NCBI GenBank assembly: GCA_964632725.1
Contig: CAZWCV010000002.1
Location: forward strand, 17,317-81,316
Reading direction: 5' to 3'
DNA: 64,000 nt
Source of the DNA: an uncultured Anaerolineaceae bacterium
GTDB lineage: Bacteria > Chloroflexota > Anaerolineae > Aggregatilineales > Phototrophicaceae
The notes beneath the pieces were generated by a model that ran no database searches, was not told where the DNA came from, and saw nothing but the letters and a program-made list of their open reading frames with translations. Of the stretch, positions 29,904 through 39,110 are shown in pieces (within the stretch, counting starts at the first letter, position 1; each line of letters opens with the position of its first letter). The position numbers and the translations under genes are program-made.

Positions 29904-31486
29904 CAGCGCGTCCACACCGGGTTCGAGGAGCCGCCATCGAAAGTCAGCTGATAGGCTTCCACTGTCTGCACATCAACCAGCCACAGGTCGCCGCGGTAGA
30001 CTGCGGCTATATGGCGCGCGTCCGGGCTCCAGGCGTAATCCCTGGGCGTCAGACCGCGGTCATTCTTGCGCATGCCGTTTGCGCCGGCGGGCGGAAACAG
30101 GCGTCGCTCATTGCTGCCGTCGCGGTCGGCAATCATCAGATCGTACTCGCTGTTCATGCTGTTTTGCGGCTCGCGCGCCTGCAGCCAGGCGAAGTATCCC
30201 TCGCGGCTATCCGCATCGCCGGGCGAAAACGACGGCGCCGCCCACATGCCGGCGGCAGCTTCCACTTTCGCGGCGAAGCGGCCATCGGCGCTGGTAACCA
30301 CGACATCGAATAGGGGACTGGTCTCGGCTGGTTCGCCGGCTTGCGGCAGCCCGTGCACAACTGACGCCAGCAACTGGCCATCTTGCGACCAGGAGAGCGA
30401 AGAGAGCCAAATCCAGTCGGTCGCGCGCTTGAAGACCGCGTAGTCCGCCAGCACAGCCAGACGCTTGCGCTGGAAGTCTACCAGGCCGAAGCCATCCGGG
30501 CGCGACCAGGCCAGCTGATTGCCCAGCGGCGACCAGGCAAAATGCGTGCCCCACCAGCCGAACAGTCCGCCGCTTGATTCCGGCAGGGCCTCCTGGATAG
30601 TCAGGGTGCGGCCGCCGTCGAGGTCGATCGTCATTAGCCAGAGATTGTTCAGGGCTTTCCAGCCCGACGGACTCCCGCTGCGCTCGCCGGTGGAGTAGGC
30701 AATCGTGTTGCTGGAGCGCGGCCGCCATTCCGCATAGAGTACATCGCTGGGAGAGAGACGCAGCGGCGCGGAATCGTCCTCTGTGGCAATCATCCATAAT
30801 TCGTTGAAGAAGTCGTCGGTGGCGTCGGTTTCGCCGCTGAAGATAAGCCAGGCGCCGGCTTCATGCTGATGAAAGACGAGCGAATCGAGGTTGTGAAGGG
30901 CCGTCAGCGGCCGTTTGTTCGCCGTGTTGTCTTTTATCGTCCAGGCGTCGTTGTGGTTGATATAACTGAGACGCCCGGCGATCGCGACCGGCGCAACCGT
31001 TTCAGTCACACCGGTGTAGACGATCTCATCAATTGGCGCTTGCAGAACCAACGGATCAGCGATCAAGGCGCGCTCAACCTCCTCGTCGTCTTCCAACGTG
31101 ACCCGAAAACAGGCTTCCTCGATGCCGGTACGCCCGGTCTGGCCCACTTGCCGCTCGCCGGCGGGCACACCTTCCTTGGCTCGCAGCAGACGCTCAAACG
31201 CGATATCTCGTCGCTCGCAGACTTCTTCTTCGCGCACGCGCCGGATGGTGACCAGCATATTCGAATCGATTTGGGCTACCAGTGGGTGACTGATGCGGTC
31301 TTGCGGGCCTAACTCAATCTGGGCGCTCGCGAGCAGCTGATCAACCGAAACAATGCCCGGCAAGCTCAGCGTCACTGTTTTCCCGTCGACCACGATGCTT
31401 ACGTCAATCGGCGGCGCCTCTTCGCCGCTACTACACGCGGCCAGCAGAATGACCGCAAAGATGATGAGATTGAAGCGTATGATCAT
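29903..31486 (-). CDS. lipoprotein with DUF348-like and G5-like N-terminal modules and a TolB/PD40-like beta-propeller
   Basis: The signal is MIIRFNLIIFAVILLAACSS (lipobox). VDGKTVTLSLPG...VTIRRV resembles DUF348. GQTGRTGIEE...IVYTG resembles G5. The C-terminal repeats resemble PD40 (AWSPDARHIAAVYRGDLWLVDV). The start is uncertain (31486 versus 31552). Confidence 0.65.
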   Translation of the reverse strand: MIIRFNLIIFAVILLAACSSGEEAPPIDVSIVVDGKTVTLSLPGIVSVDQLLASAQIELGPQDRISHPLVAQIDSNMLVTIRRVREEEVCERRDIAFERLLRAKEGVPAGERQVGQTGRTGIEEACFRVTLEDDEEVERALIADPLVLQAPIDEIVYTGVTETVAPVAIAGRLSYINHNDAWTIKDNTANKRPLTALHNLDSLVFHQHEAGAWLIFSGETDATDDFFNELWMIATEDDSAPLRLSPSDVLYAEWRPRSSNTIAYSTGERSGSPSGWKALNNLWLMTIDLDGGRTLTIQEALPESSGGLFGWWGTHFAWSPLGNQLAWSRPDGFGLVDFQRKRLAVLADYAVFKRATDWIWLSSLSWSQDGQLLASVVHGLPQAGEPAETSPLFDVVVTSADGRFAAKVEAAAGMWAAPSFSPGDADSREGYFAWLQAREPQNSMNSEYDLMIADRDGSNERRLFPPAGANGMRKNDRGLTPRDYAWSPDARHIAAVYRGDLWLVDVQTVEAYQLTFDGGSSNPVWTR

Positions 31487-31520
31487 CAATTTAGATTTGG
31501 CCAACCGCGCTTGACTCAAC

Positions 31521-32591
31521 TTATATCCTAGCTGAGATTTTCCGCAGCACAAACAGCCTCGGATGCAGTCCGCTCAGATTGATCGCCGTTTCGCTACAGA
31601 GACGCCAGCCAGAGGTTTGGATAATACGAGCCATCAGCTTGATTTCATGTGTGAGCAATACAAATCTGGCGTCTGCCTTCGCCAGTCGATTCGCCTCGCG
31701 CAACAGCGCGGGATAAAGCTTCACATTGTCCTCGTGCGAGCCGAGGTAGAGACCAAATGGCAGGTCGGCGTAAATCAAGTCCACTGATCGCGCCGGCATG
31801 GGCGCCCGCCGAGCGTCCGCCAGCAGGTGCTGAATGCGCGGGCTTTGCCCCGCGCGCCTGGCGTGTCGCTCGCCAGTTTTGATCATGTCCGGGCAATTGT
31901 CGACCGCCAGGAGTGTATCTTGCGGTCCTGAGCGGGCATGCTCAATGAGTATGGTGGACGTGCCGCTGCACAGATTGACTACGGTCTTGCCTTGAACGCG
32001 CCGCGCCGTCTGTGTCATCGCGAAGGCGACGGTGGCATTCAGCGCGCCGGGCACATCAGTTTCGCGATAATCTCGCCTGGACAGGGGACCGGCTGTTGTG
32101 CGCACCAGCGCCTCCCAGCCGGCGCCATCGACTTGCTTGACCAAGCGCAGAAACAGATTGCCCTTGCCGTCAGCGGCGAGCGGCAGCCCCAGCGCCCGGC
32201 TGGTCGCTTGCCGCAAACGCTGCATGACCGCAGTCTGCGAGCCCGCCGCAGCGATGCCCATGGAATGGGGCGGCGCGTCAAAGCGGTCAGCCGCGGCGCG
32301 CAGAATGCCAAGCAGGCGCGTGAAATGTTCGTGCCCAAGCAGGGCTTTAGGGCGGGGAATGGCAAAGCTGTGAATCCGGTAAACGGCAATGACTGAGCGC
32401 AACGAATGCAAGACTGATTCATCGGCGGCGAGGCGAAAGCGCGCGAAACCCGCTCGCGTCTTGCGAATCCGGCCGGGCGCGGCCAGCGACAATTGGCGCA
32501 GCTCGTCTATAGCGAAGGCTTCGAGGCCTGGAATCACCTCCGCTTCGTAGGATGCTTTGGGAGCAGTCGTCTTCTTCTTCATGCTGGCCAT
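31521..32591 (-). CDS. THUMP-domain class I SAM-dependent RNA methyltransferase
   Basis: 356 aa. The N-terminal region is THUMP-like. The Rossmann part has VVNLCSGTSTILIE and the N-methyltransferase motif IV-like IYADLPFG. Confidence 0.75.
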   Translation of the reverse strand: MASMKKKTTAPKASYEAEVIPGLEAFAIDELRQLSLAAPGRIRKTRAGFARFRLAADESVLHSLRSVIAVYRIHSFAIPRPKALLGHEHFTRLLGILRAAADRFDAPPHSMGIAAAGSQTAVMQRLRQATSRALGLPLAADGKGNLFLRLVKQVDGAGWEALVRTTAGPLSRRDYRETDVPGALNATVAFAMTQTARRVQGKTVVNLCSGTSTILIEHARSGPQDTLLAVDNCPDMIKTGERHARRAGQSPRIQHLLADARRAPMPARSVDLIYADLPFGLYLGSHEDNVKLYPALLREANRLAKADARFVLLTHEIKLMARIIQTSGWRLCSETAINLSGLHPRLFVLRKISARI

Positions 32592-32777
32592 ATCGTGTTG
32601 TGATTGCTGCCGACATTATCGGTTACTATGCTGGAGATTGCGAGCGGGCGCGCTTCACTTATCGGCTTTGCGCGCGGACCGCGTTCTGCCGCTAGAGCGG
32701 GATGCGCTTCTGGTGTAGAATACCTCGCTGTCGCCGCAAGCATAGCTGTGTCCCGCTAGGATGGAATCAGACCGCGG

Positions 32778-33704
32778 ATGAGAATAGTCCTGCTGCTTCT
32801 TGTCTTTCAGTTCACCGTGTCCTCATTGGCCCAGGAGGCGGGTTCAGCTGCCGAATCGGTCCCGACCATTATCAGCCTGGCGCTGGACAGCCCTTTTCTG
32901 CAAGGCGACCTGGAGCTGCTAGTCGGCAACGTGCAGCGTCCCAATGGTTTCGTCTGGCACGATGGCAGCCTGTTCACCATTTGCAACGGCGATTGGACCA
33001 TCTACAAAATCGATGACCGGACCGGCGATACGATCACCTTTGTATTCGGCGTGCGGGATGGCAATACGCTCATCCTGGAAGACACCGAGGCCGGCTTCGA
33101 CATTTGGACACCCGACCCGGAATCGGGCACGCTCTGGAAAGTCGATCAGAGGCGGGCCGCTCCGGCCGCTATCACCGCTGAACTTGAATCTCCCTGGGGC
33201 ATCGCGCGCCTGGACAGCAGCCAGTTTCTGATTACCGATACCCGAGTCAATGGCATCGTGACCGTGGGCGAAAACGGCGAGCGCAGCGAAGTCCACAGTG
33301 AGCTGCGCGCGCCGACTGGCATCGTCAAGCACGGGAGCCGGGTGTATTTTGCCAACGGCGGCAGCGCCAGGCGCGGCATCGAGTATTTCTCGGTGGAGGC
33401 TGACGGCAGTTATTCCGATATCAAGCCCCTGGTTTCGGGATTGCAGAACACGACCAACCTGGCGCTGGGCAGCGACGGCAAGCTCTATTTTGCCTATGCG
33501 CTGGGTACGCGCGGCATCATTGGCCGGATTGACCCGACGCTCTGCCTTGACTCGGGCTGCAGCGGCGATGATGTAGAGTTGGTGGTGTTCTCGGATATCC
33601 CGGCGCCACTGGCGATAACGCTATCGGACGACCTGCGCCTCTTCCTCCACAGCCGCTTCCGCCCCGAAATCTACTGGCTGCAGTTGCCGGTCGCCTCGAC
33701 CTAA
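32778..33704 (+). CDS. secreted beta-propeller-like protein (NHL/SMP-30-like repeats), hypothetical
   Basis: 308 aa. The signal peptide is MRIVLLLLVFQFTVSSLAQE. Repeated strand patterns occur (PNGFVWHDGSLF, PWGIARLD, PTGIVKHGSRVYF, TNLALGSDGKLYF). Confidence 0.6.
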   Translation: MRIVLLLLVFQFTVSSLAQEAGSAAESVPTIISLALDSPFLQGDLELLVGNVQRPNGFVWHDGSLFTICNGDWTIYKIDDRTGDTITFVFGVRDGNTLILEDTEAGFDIWTPDPESGTLWKVDQRRAAPAAITAELESPWGIARLDSSQFLITDTRVNGIVTVGENGERSEVHSELRAPTGIVKHGSRVYFANGGSARRGIEYFSVEADGSYSDIKPLVSGLQNTTNLALGSDGKLYFAYALGTRGIIGRIDPTLCLDSGCSGDDVELVVFSDIPAPLAITLSDDLRLFLHSRFRPEIYWLQLPVAST

Positions 33705-33717
33705 ACCGGGCGGCGCG

Positions 33718-35046
33718 TCATTTCGATTTAAGGGCGCCAGCCGCGAAGGGCCGGTAGGTGAGGGCGTCCGCCTGAGGCAGACGCAGGCGCAGCTCCCAAC
33801 CGGTTTCGCCGGTCCGCTCGGATTCAATATACTGTTTGTCATTCAACTCGGAATAGACCCTGCCCGCTTCATAAGGAATAACAACATCCAGCCTCGTTCG
33901 CTGGCGTTCAATCGCAGCGCCAATCGCGCCAAGCAAGGAGTCCAAGCCCTGGCCGCGGCGCGCCGAGATGGCGACCTGCTCGACATAATTGTCGATGGGC
34001 CCAACCTCGGGCAAGACGCCGTTCAGGTTGTCGATCTTGTTAAGCACCAGCAGCCTTGGTATATGCGCCGCATCAATTTCGGCCAGCGTGTCCTCGACCG
34101 CTTCAATCTGTTGCGCGGCGTTCTTATGGCTGATGTCGGCAACATGCAGAATCAAGTCGGTCTCAACCACTTCTTCCAGCGTCGCGCGAAAGGCGGCGAT
34201 CAAGGTGGTTGGCAATTTCTGAATGAACCCGACGGTATCACTGAGCAAGATTTCGCTGCCGTTGCCAAGCGCTACCCGGCGAGTCGTCGGGTCAAGCGTG
34301 GCGAAGAGTTTGTCGGCGGCGTAAACATCCGAGTCGGCCAGCGCATTGATCAGAGTTGACTTGCCGGCGTTGGTGTAACCCACCAAAGCCACCAGCGGCA
34401 AACCGGAACGGCGCCGTCGGGCGCGGTGCAGGCTGCGATGCGCGCGCACTTGTTCCAGGTCGCGCTTCAGCTTGGTGATTTTACGCGCGATCTCCCGCCG
34501 GTCGACTTCGAGCTGCGTTTCGCCGGGCCCGCGCAGACCGACGCCGCCGGACCCACCGCGCGCGCCCGCGCCGCCGGCTTGTCGCGCCAGGTGCGTCCAC
34601 TGCCGCGTCAATCTTGGCAGGCGGTATTCATATTGCGCCAGCTCGACTTGCAGCGCGCCTTCGCTGGTGCGGGCATTCTGGGCGAAAATGTCCAGGATCA
34701 GCGCCGACCGATCCAGCAGGCGAACATCTTCGCCGAGCTGTTTCTCGATTTCCCGCTGATGGCGCGGCGACAGCTCATCGTCGAAGATCAGGACCTTGGC
34801 GTCCAGAAGCGCCATCTGCTCGATTATTTCCGCCAGCTTGCCCGGGCCGATCATGGTCTTCGGGTTGATCTGGCGCAGGAGTTGACTGCTGCGCCCGACG
34901 ACGTTGATCCCGGCCGTTTTCGCCAGCAGCTCAAGCTCAATAAGCGAATCATCGACTGAGAGCAATCCACGCGCGTGGCGCAGCGCGACGCCAGCCAAAT
35001 AGGCTCTGTCGGCGGCGTAACCGTCGCTGTAGTGATCTTGGGTCAT
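33718..35046 (-). CDS. hflX: GTPase HflX
   Basis: The HflX N-domain is present, followed by G-motifs [19 protein letters not shown] and NKID. The start overlaps the trmFO stop as ATGA. Confidence 0.93.
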   Translation of the reverse strand: MTQDHYSDGYAADRAYLAGVALRHARGLLSVDDSLIELELLAKTAGINVVGRSSQLLRQINPKTMIGPGKLAEIIEQMALLDAKVLIFDDELSPRHQREIEKQLGEDVRLLDRSALILDIFAQNARTSEGALQVELAQYEYRLPRLTRQWTHLARQAGGAGARGGSGGVGLRGPGETQLEVDRREIARKITKLKRDLEQVRAHRSLHRARRRRSGLPLVALVGYTNAGKSTLINALADSDVYAADKLFATLDPTTRRVALGNGSEILLSDTVGFIQKLPTTLIAAFRATLEEVVETDLILHVADISHKNAAQQIEAVEDTLAEIDAAHIPRLLVLNKIDNLNGVLPEVGPIDNYVEQVAISARRGQGLDSLLGAIGAAIERQRTRLDVVIPYEAGRVYSELNDKQYIESERTGETGWELRLRLPQADALTYRPFAAGALKSK

Positions 35047-36416
35047 ATGCTTTCGATTTCTATTTCCATGTTTTGGCGATTGATTAGGGCGTCGTCAAGT
35101 TGCCGCAGCGACTCCTGCATGGAGATTTCTGCGCGCTCGGCATAGGCGCGCTTCCGTTCCGCCTTGTTTCTGATCGTCACTGGCAGCGGCGGCAGGATGC
35201 CCAAATTCGCTTTCATGGGCTGAAAGCGCTTGGGCTCCGCGTGCGTTACATAGTGACTCAGCGCGCCCAGCATGGTGTCGGCCGGCGGAACCCAGCCATC
35301 CGCGCCGTTGAGCTGGCGCGACAGATTCAGCGCCGCCAGCAGGCCGGTGGCGATATTGCCCACATAGCCCTCGACACCTGTGATCTGCCCGCCGAAATAG
35401 AGCAGGTCTTGCCCGCGAAAGCGCATGGTCGGGCGCAGCAGGGCGGGCGCATTCAGAAAGGTATTGCGGTGCATTTGACCCATGCGAACGAATTCCGCCG
35501 CCTCCAGGCCCGGTATCAGACGCAGGACTTCCCGCTGCTGTTTCCAGCGGATATTGGTTTGGAAGCCAACGACATTGTACAGGTCGCCGGCGATATCGTC
35601 CTGCCGCAGCTGCACCACGGCATGTGGACGCCTGCCTGAGTGCGGATCCGTCAAGCCTACTGGCCGCATGGGACCGAAGGCCAGCGTGTCATGCCCGCGC
35701 CGGGCCAGCTGCTCGATCGGCACGCAGCCTTCAAAGAAGTTCGGGTCTTCCCTTTCAAAGTCGCGCAGTTCAATGGTTTCCGCGGTCGCGAGCGCGTTGA
35801 CGAAGCGGTCGTATTCCGGCTTGCTCATGGGACAGTTGATATAATCGCCCGCCGCGTCCTCGCCGTGTCCGTAGCGATTGGCCCGAAAAGCCCGGCTCAT
35901 GTCAATGCTGGCAGCCTGAACGATTGGCGAAATTGCGTCGTAAAAATACAAGTAATCTTCGCCAGTCAATTGGCCGATTGCCACGGACAGGGCAGGGGAG
36001 GTAAGCGGTCCGCTGGCTACGATCGTCGGCTGGTCCAATGGCAGCGCCGTGACTTCTTCGCGCCGGATCTCGATTGCCGGATGCGCGCCGACATGCGCGG
36101 TCACGCGCTCGGCGAATTTATCCCGATCCACGGCTAACGCGCCGCCGGCCGGCACCGCCGCCTCCTGCGCGCAGCGCATCAGCAGCGAGCCCAGCATTCG
36201 CATTTCATTTTGCAAGATTCCAGTCGCGCGATCCGGCAACCTGGAACCGAGCGAGTTGCTGCAGACCAATTCAGCCAGGCGATCGCTGACATGCGCGCCG
36301 GTCGTGCGGGCCGGGCGCATCTCATAAAGCCGGACCGCATGGCCGCGCTGCGCCAGCTGCCAGGCCGCTTCGCTGCCGGCCAGTCCGCCGCCAATAACCG
36401 TCACCGTCTGTGCCAT
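35043..36416 (-). CDS. trmFO: methylenetetrahydrofolate--tRNA-(uracil54-C5)-methyltransferase TrmFO
   Basis: [21 protein letters not shown]...LYEMRP is present. The GidA-like fold extends the full length of about 457 aa. Confidence 0.93.
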   Translation of the reverse strand: MAQTVTVIGGGLAGSEAAWQLAQRGHAVRLYEMRPARTTGAHVSDRLAELVCSNSLGSRLPDRATGILQNEMRMLGSLLMRCAQEAAVPAGGALAVDRDKFAERVTAHVGAHPAIEIRREEVTALPLDQPTIVASGPLTSPALSVAIGQLTGEDYLYFYDAISPIVQAASIDMSRAFRANRYGHGEDAAGDYINCPMSKPEYDRFVNALATAETIELRDFEREDPNFFEGCVPIEQLARRGHDTLAFGPMRPVGLTDPHSGRRPHAVVQLRQDDIAGDLYNVVGFQTNIRWKQQREVLRLIPGLEAAEFVRMGQMHRNTFLNAPALLRPTMRFRGQDLLYFGGQITGVEGYVGNIATGLLAALNLSRQLNGADGWVPPADTMLGALSHYVTHAEPKRFQPMKANLGILPPLPVTIRNKAERKRAYAERAEISMQESLRQLDDALINRQNMEIEIESI

Positions 36417-36431
36417 CGTGTCTCCCCGCCG

Positions 36432-37694
36432 CTATAGTTTGCGCAGAATCATAGACGCATTCTGCCCGCCCAGGCCAAAACTGTTGGACATGATCGTGCT
36501 GATCCCAGGCACATCGCGCGCCGAATTGGGCACATAATCGAGGTCGCAGGCCGGGTCCGGCCTACGATAGTTTACTGTCGGATGAAGCACTTCCAGCTGC
36601 AAGGTCATCAGGCATGCGGCAAGTTCCAGTGAGCCGCAGCCGGCCATGGCGTGACCGATCATGCTCTTGGTCGAGGTCACCGGTATGCCAAAGGCAGCCT
36701 CGCCGAAGACCGCCTTGATTGCCGCTGTCTCGATGGCGTCGTTGGCTTGAGTCGAAGACCCGTGCGCGTTGATATGCTCGATCTCCTCCGGGTTGACCCG
36801 GGCGTCATCAAGTGTCCACTGCATGGCTCGTTTGGCGCCGCCGCCCTCGGGATCCGGCGCCGCCACATGGTAAGCGTCAGACGACGCGGCATATCCCAGG
36901 ATCTCCGCGTAAATCGGCGCGTCGCGCTCCAGGGCGTGTTCAAGGTCTTCGACGACGAAGATGCCGCCGCCTTCACCCAGCACGAAGCCGGAGCGGTCTG
37001 CGTCGAAGGGGCGGCTGGCTTCTTGCGGCGCGTCATTGAAGTCGCGCGTGAGCGCCCGCGTGGCGCTGAAGCCGGCCAGAATATAATCGAACATGACGGC
37101 GTCGAGGGCGCCGGCGATGGCCAGGTCGCACTTGCCGAGCTGTATCAAGTCGGTGGCTTCGCCCAGCGCCTGGATGCCGGTGGCGCAGGCCACGGAGGGC
37201 GTGATCAAGGGACCGACCGCCGCCAGCATTTTGCTGACATAATGCGCCGGCATATTGGGCAGGGCGTTTACAATGCTCATGGGATTGGCGCGCTTGTGCC
37301 CGGATTTGCGCCAGCTATGGATGCCGGCCTCGCCGATTTCGTAACTGCCCAGCGTCGTCCCGATGATCGTCGCGACGCGGTCGCCAATGTCTCGTAGCTC
37401 GTCGACTGTCAAGCCGGCGTCTTCCACCGCTTGCATGGCGGCGACTATGGCGAATTGCGTCGCCCGTCCCATGCGCCGCGCCTGCTTGCGCGGTATGTAG
37501 TCGGAAGAATCGAAGCCGCGAACTTCGCCGCCGATCCTGACATCAAGGTGCGCCGTCTCGATATTCCGCAATTTGCGAATGCCGGATTGCCCCGCTTGAA
37601 TCGCCGCCCAGAATTCGGACTTCGCGCCCAGTGGGGAGACGACGCCCAAGCCTGTAATCACGACGCGCTTGCGGCCCTTCCGTCTTAATTCCAT
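36432..37694 (-). CDS. fabF: beta-ketoacyl-ACP synthase II
   Basis: The sequence from MELRRKGRKRVVITGLGVVSPLG includes the active-site ACATG, HINAHGSST and HAMAGCG. ATG at 37694 is chosen; the 86-aa N-terminal extension in the ORF track is Pro/Ser/Arg-rich and is rejected. Confidence 0.93.
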   Translation of the reverse strand: MELRRKGRKRVVITGLGVVSPLGAKSEFWAAIQAGQSGIRKLRNIETAHLDVRIGGEVRGFDSSDYIPRKQARRMGRATQFAIVAAMQAVEDAGLTVDELRDIGDRVATIIGTTLGSYEIGEAGIHSWRKSGHKRANPMSIVNALPNMPAHYVSKMLAAVGPLITPSVACATGIQALGEATDLIQLGKCDLAIAGALDAVMFDYILAGFSATRALTRDFNDAPQEASRPFDADRSGFVLGEGGGIFVVEDLEHALERDAPIYAEILGYAASSDAYHVAAPDPEGGGAKRAMQWTLDDARVNPEEIEHINAHGSSTQANDAIETAAIKAVFGEAAFGIPVTSTKSMIGHAMAGCGSLELAACLMTLQLEVLHPTVNYRRPDPACDLDYVPNSARDVPGISTIMSNSFGLGGQNASMILRKL

Positions 37695-37710
37695 TGTTTT
37701 GCGCTCTGGA

Positions 37711-38709
37711 TCATTGCGACTCCTGGGCGATGCCGCTGCGGATGGCGCCGATGACATTCTCCTTGACGGCAGTGCGCGCCTGTTTGATCGCGTTCTTGAT
37801 GCCGATGGCCGAGTTCTGACCGTGCCCAATGATGACAACACCGTTGACGCCCAGAAGGGGCGCGCCGCCGATCTCCGATGTATCGACTTGCCGGCGGATG
37901 CGGTTGAAGGCGGGCCTGGCCAAGGCGCCGCCGACCATGGAAATGGCGTCATTGCGGAATTCCTGGCGAATCAGCGTGGCCACATAGTGCGCGGTCGCCT
38001 CGAACATCTTGAGCACGATATTGCCGACGAAGCCGTCCATCACGATCACATCTGCAACCGACGACATCAGCTGCACCGGCTCGACATTGCCGACGAAATT
38101 CATCCTGCTGCGGCGCAGCATATCCGCCGCCTCCCGTATCAGCAGATTACCCTTGGTGGCTTCCGCGCCGTTGGAGAGCAGCGCAATCCGCGGCTTGGGG
38201 CAATTGAGCACCAGCTGGGCGTAAATGCTGCCCATCAGGGCGAACTGCCGCACCCACTCCGGCTTGACGTCAGTGTTGGCGCCGACATCAAGAAATATCA
38301 TGCGATGGTTATTCACCGGAAACAGCGCCGAAAGACCCGGGCGCTTGACGCCGGGAATGCGCCGCAGCGTCTTCAGGGTGGCAATGGCGTGAACGGCGCC
38401 GGTATTGCCCATGGTCACAAAGGCGTCCACTTCACCCTTCTTTACCGCGTCCAGAGCAATGTGAATGGAAGAGGTCGGCGCCGACTTCAAGACGTCGGTA
38501 GGCTTGGCGTCCATAGCGATGTCGACCGGCGCATGCAGGATTTCGATATGCCCGGCGCTGACTTCGTGATTCTTGAGCTCGGCTTCAATCCGCGGCTGAT
38601 CACCAACCAGTACGATCGTGTCGCCAAACTCATTGGCCGCAAGCACGCCGCCGGCCACATCGCTTAACGGACGACTGTCGGTTCCCATCGCGTCAAGGGC
38701 AATACGCAT
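37711..38709 (-). CDS. plsX: phosphate acyltransferase PlsX
   Basis: MRIALDAMGTD is present and the PlsX pattern extends the full length. ATG at 38709 is preceded by GAAGG; the ORF is also open from TTG at 38718. Confidence 0.93.
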   Translation of the reverse strand: MRIALDAMGTDSRPLSDVAGGVLAANEFGDTIVLVGDQPRIEAELKNHEVSAGHIEILHAPVDIAMDAKPTDVLKSAPTSSIHIALDAVKKGEVDAFVTMGNTGAVHAIATLKTLRRIPGVKRPGLSALFPVNNHRMIFLDVGANTDVKPEWVRQFALMGSIYAQLVLNCPKPRIALLSNGAEATKGNLLIREAADMLRRSRMNFVGNVEPVQLMSSVADVIVMDGFVGNIVLKMFEATAHYVATLIRQEFRNDAISMVGGALARPAFNRIRRQVDTSEIGGAPLLGVNGVVIIGHGQNSAIGIKNAIKQARTAVKENVIGAIRSGIAQESQ

Positions 38710-38806
38710 TGATGACAAGCCTTCTGCAGAGTGTCATGCATTTTAAAGCAAGCCGTATCATACGGCAGGAAAGGCGCTTGCTCAAGGCGAATTAGAGCCG
38801 CAGGCA

Positions 38807-38834
38807 TTGACAATCTCCGTGAAGAATTTATACT
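38807..38834 (+). promoter_or_regulatory. putative promoter of tRNA-Leu (TTGACA-16 nt-TATACT)
   Basis: The -35 hexamer is at 38807-38812 and the -10 hexamer at 38829-38834. The -10 ends 12 nt before the mature tRNA 5' end. Confidence 0.5.
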
Positions 38835-38846
38835 GGTGAGCCGAGA

Positions 38847-38928
38847 GCCCTGATGGCGGAACTGGCAGACGCGCACGGTTGAGGGCCGTGTCCTTAACAG
38901 GGTGGAGGTTCGAGTCCTCTTCAGGGCA
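38847..38928 (+). tRNA. tRNA-Leu (anticodon GAG)
   Basis: 82-nt cloverleaf. The acceptor pairs GCCCTGA with TCAGGGC, followed by discriminator A. The anticodon stem pairs CACGG with CCGTG around the loop TTGAGGG. It has a long variable arm and a GGTTCGAGTCC T-arm. No CCA is encoded. Confidence 0.9.
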
Positions 38929-38941
38929 ATCGACGGAAAAG

Positions 38942-38966
38942 CTCGCTGCGGTTGGCGGGTTTTTTT
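38942..38966 (+). terminator. possible rho-independent terminator after tRNA-Leu
   Basis: A short stem pairs CTCGC with GCGGG (5 bp, one G-U) around an 8-nt loop. A T7 tract follows (38960-38966). Confidence 0.4.
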
Positions 38967-39110
38967 GTTGCGCGCGGTTTTGTGCGGCTGTACACTGCCT
39001 AGTGGAAACGGATTAGCCTGATTTGGAGCGCCGTGTAGCGCCAGTCGGCGGCGTCGGTATGTGTACATCAGCAGCCCGGACCCGTGGGCTGGTTTCCCCG
39101 AAGGACCCGT

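Noticed and set aside
28713-29951. 412-aa plus-strand ORF
   Set aside because: It is antisense to the GH-like/Wzy_C fusion gene. The composition is Arg/Gly/Ala/Gln-rich, and it has no RBS or domain signature.
37669-38667. 332-aa plus-strand ORF
   Set aside because: It is antisense to plsX and is a shadow ORF. The same reasoning applies to the ORFs at 1940-2938, 6605-7501, 17522-18487, 35100-35639, 36651-37397, 48653-49390 and 57385-58020.
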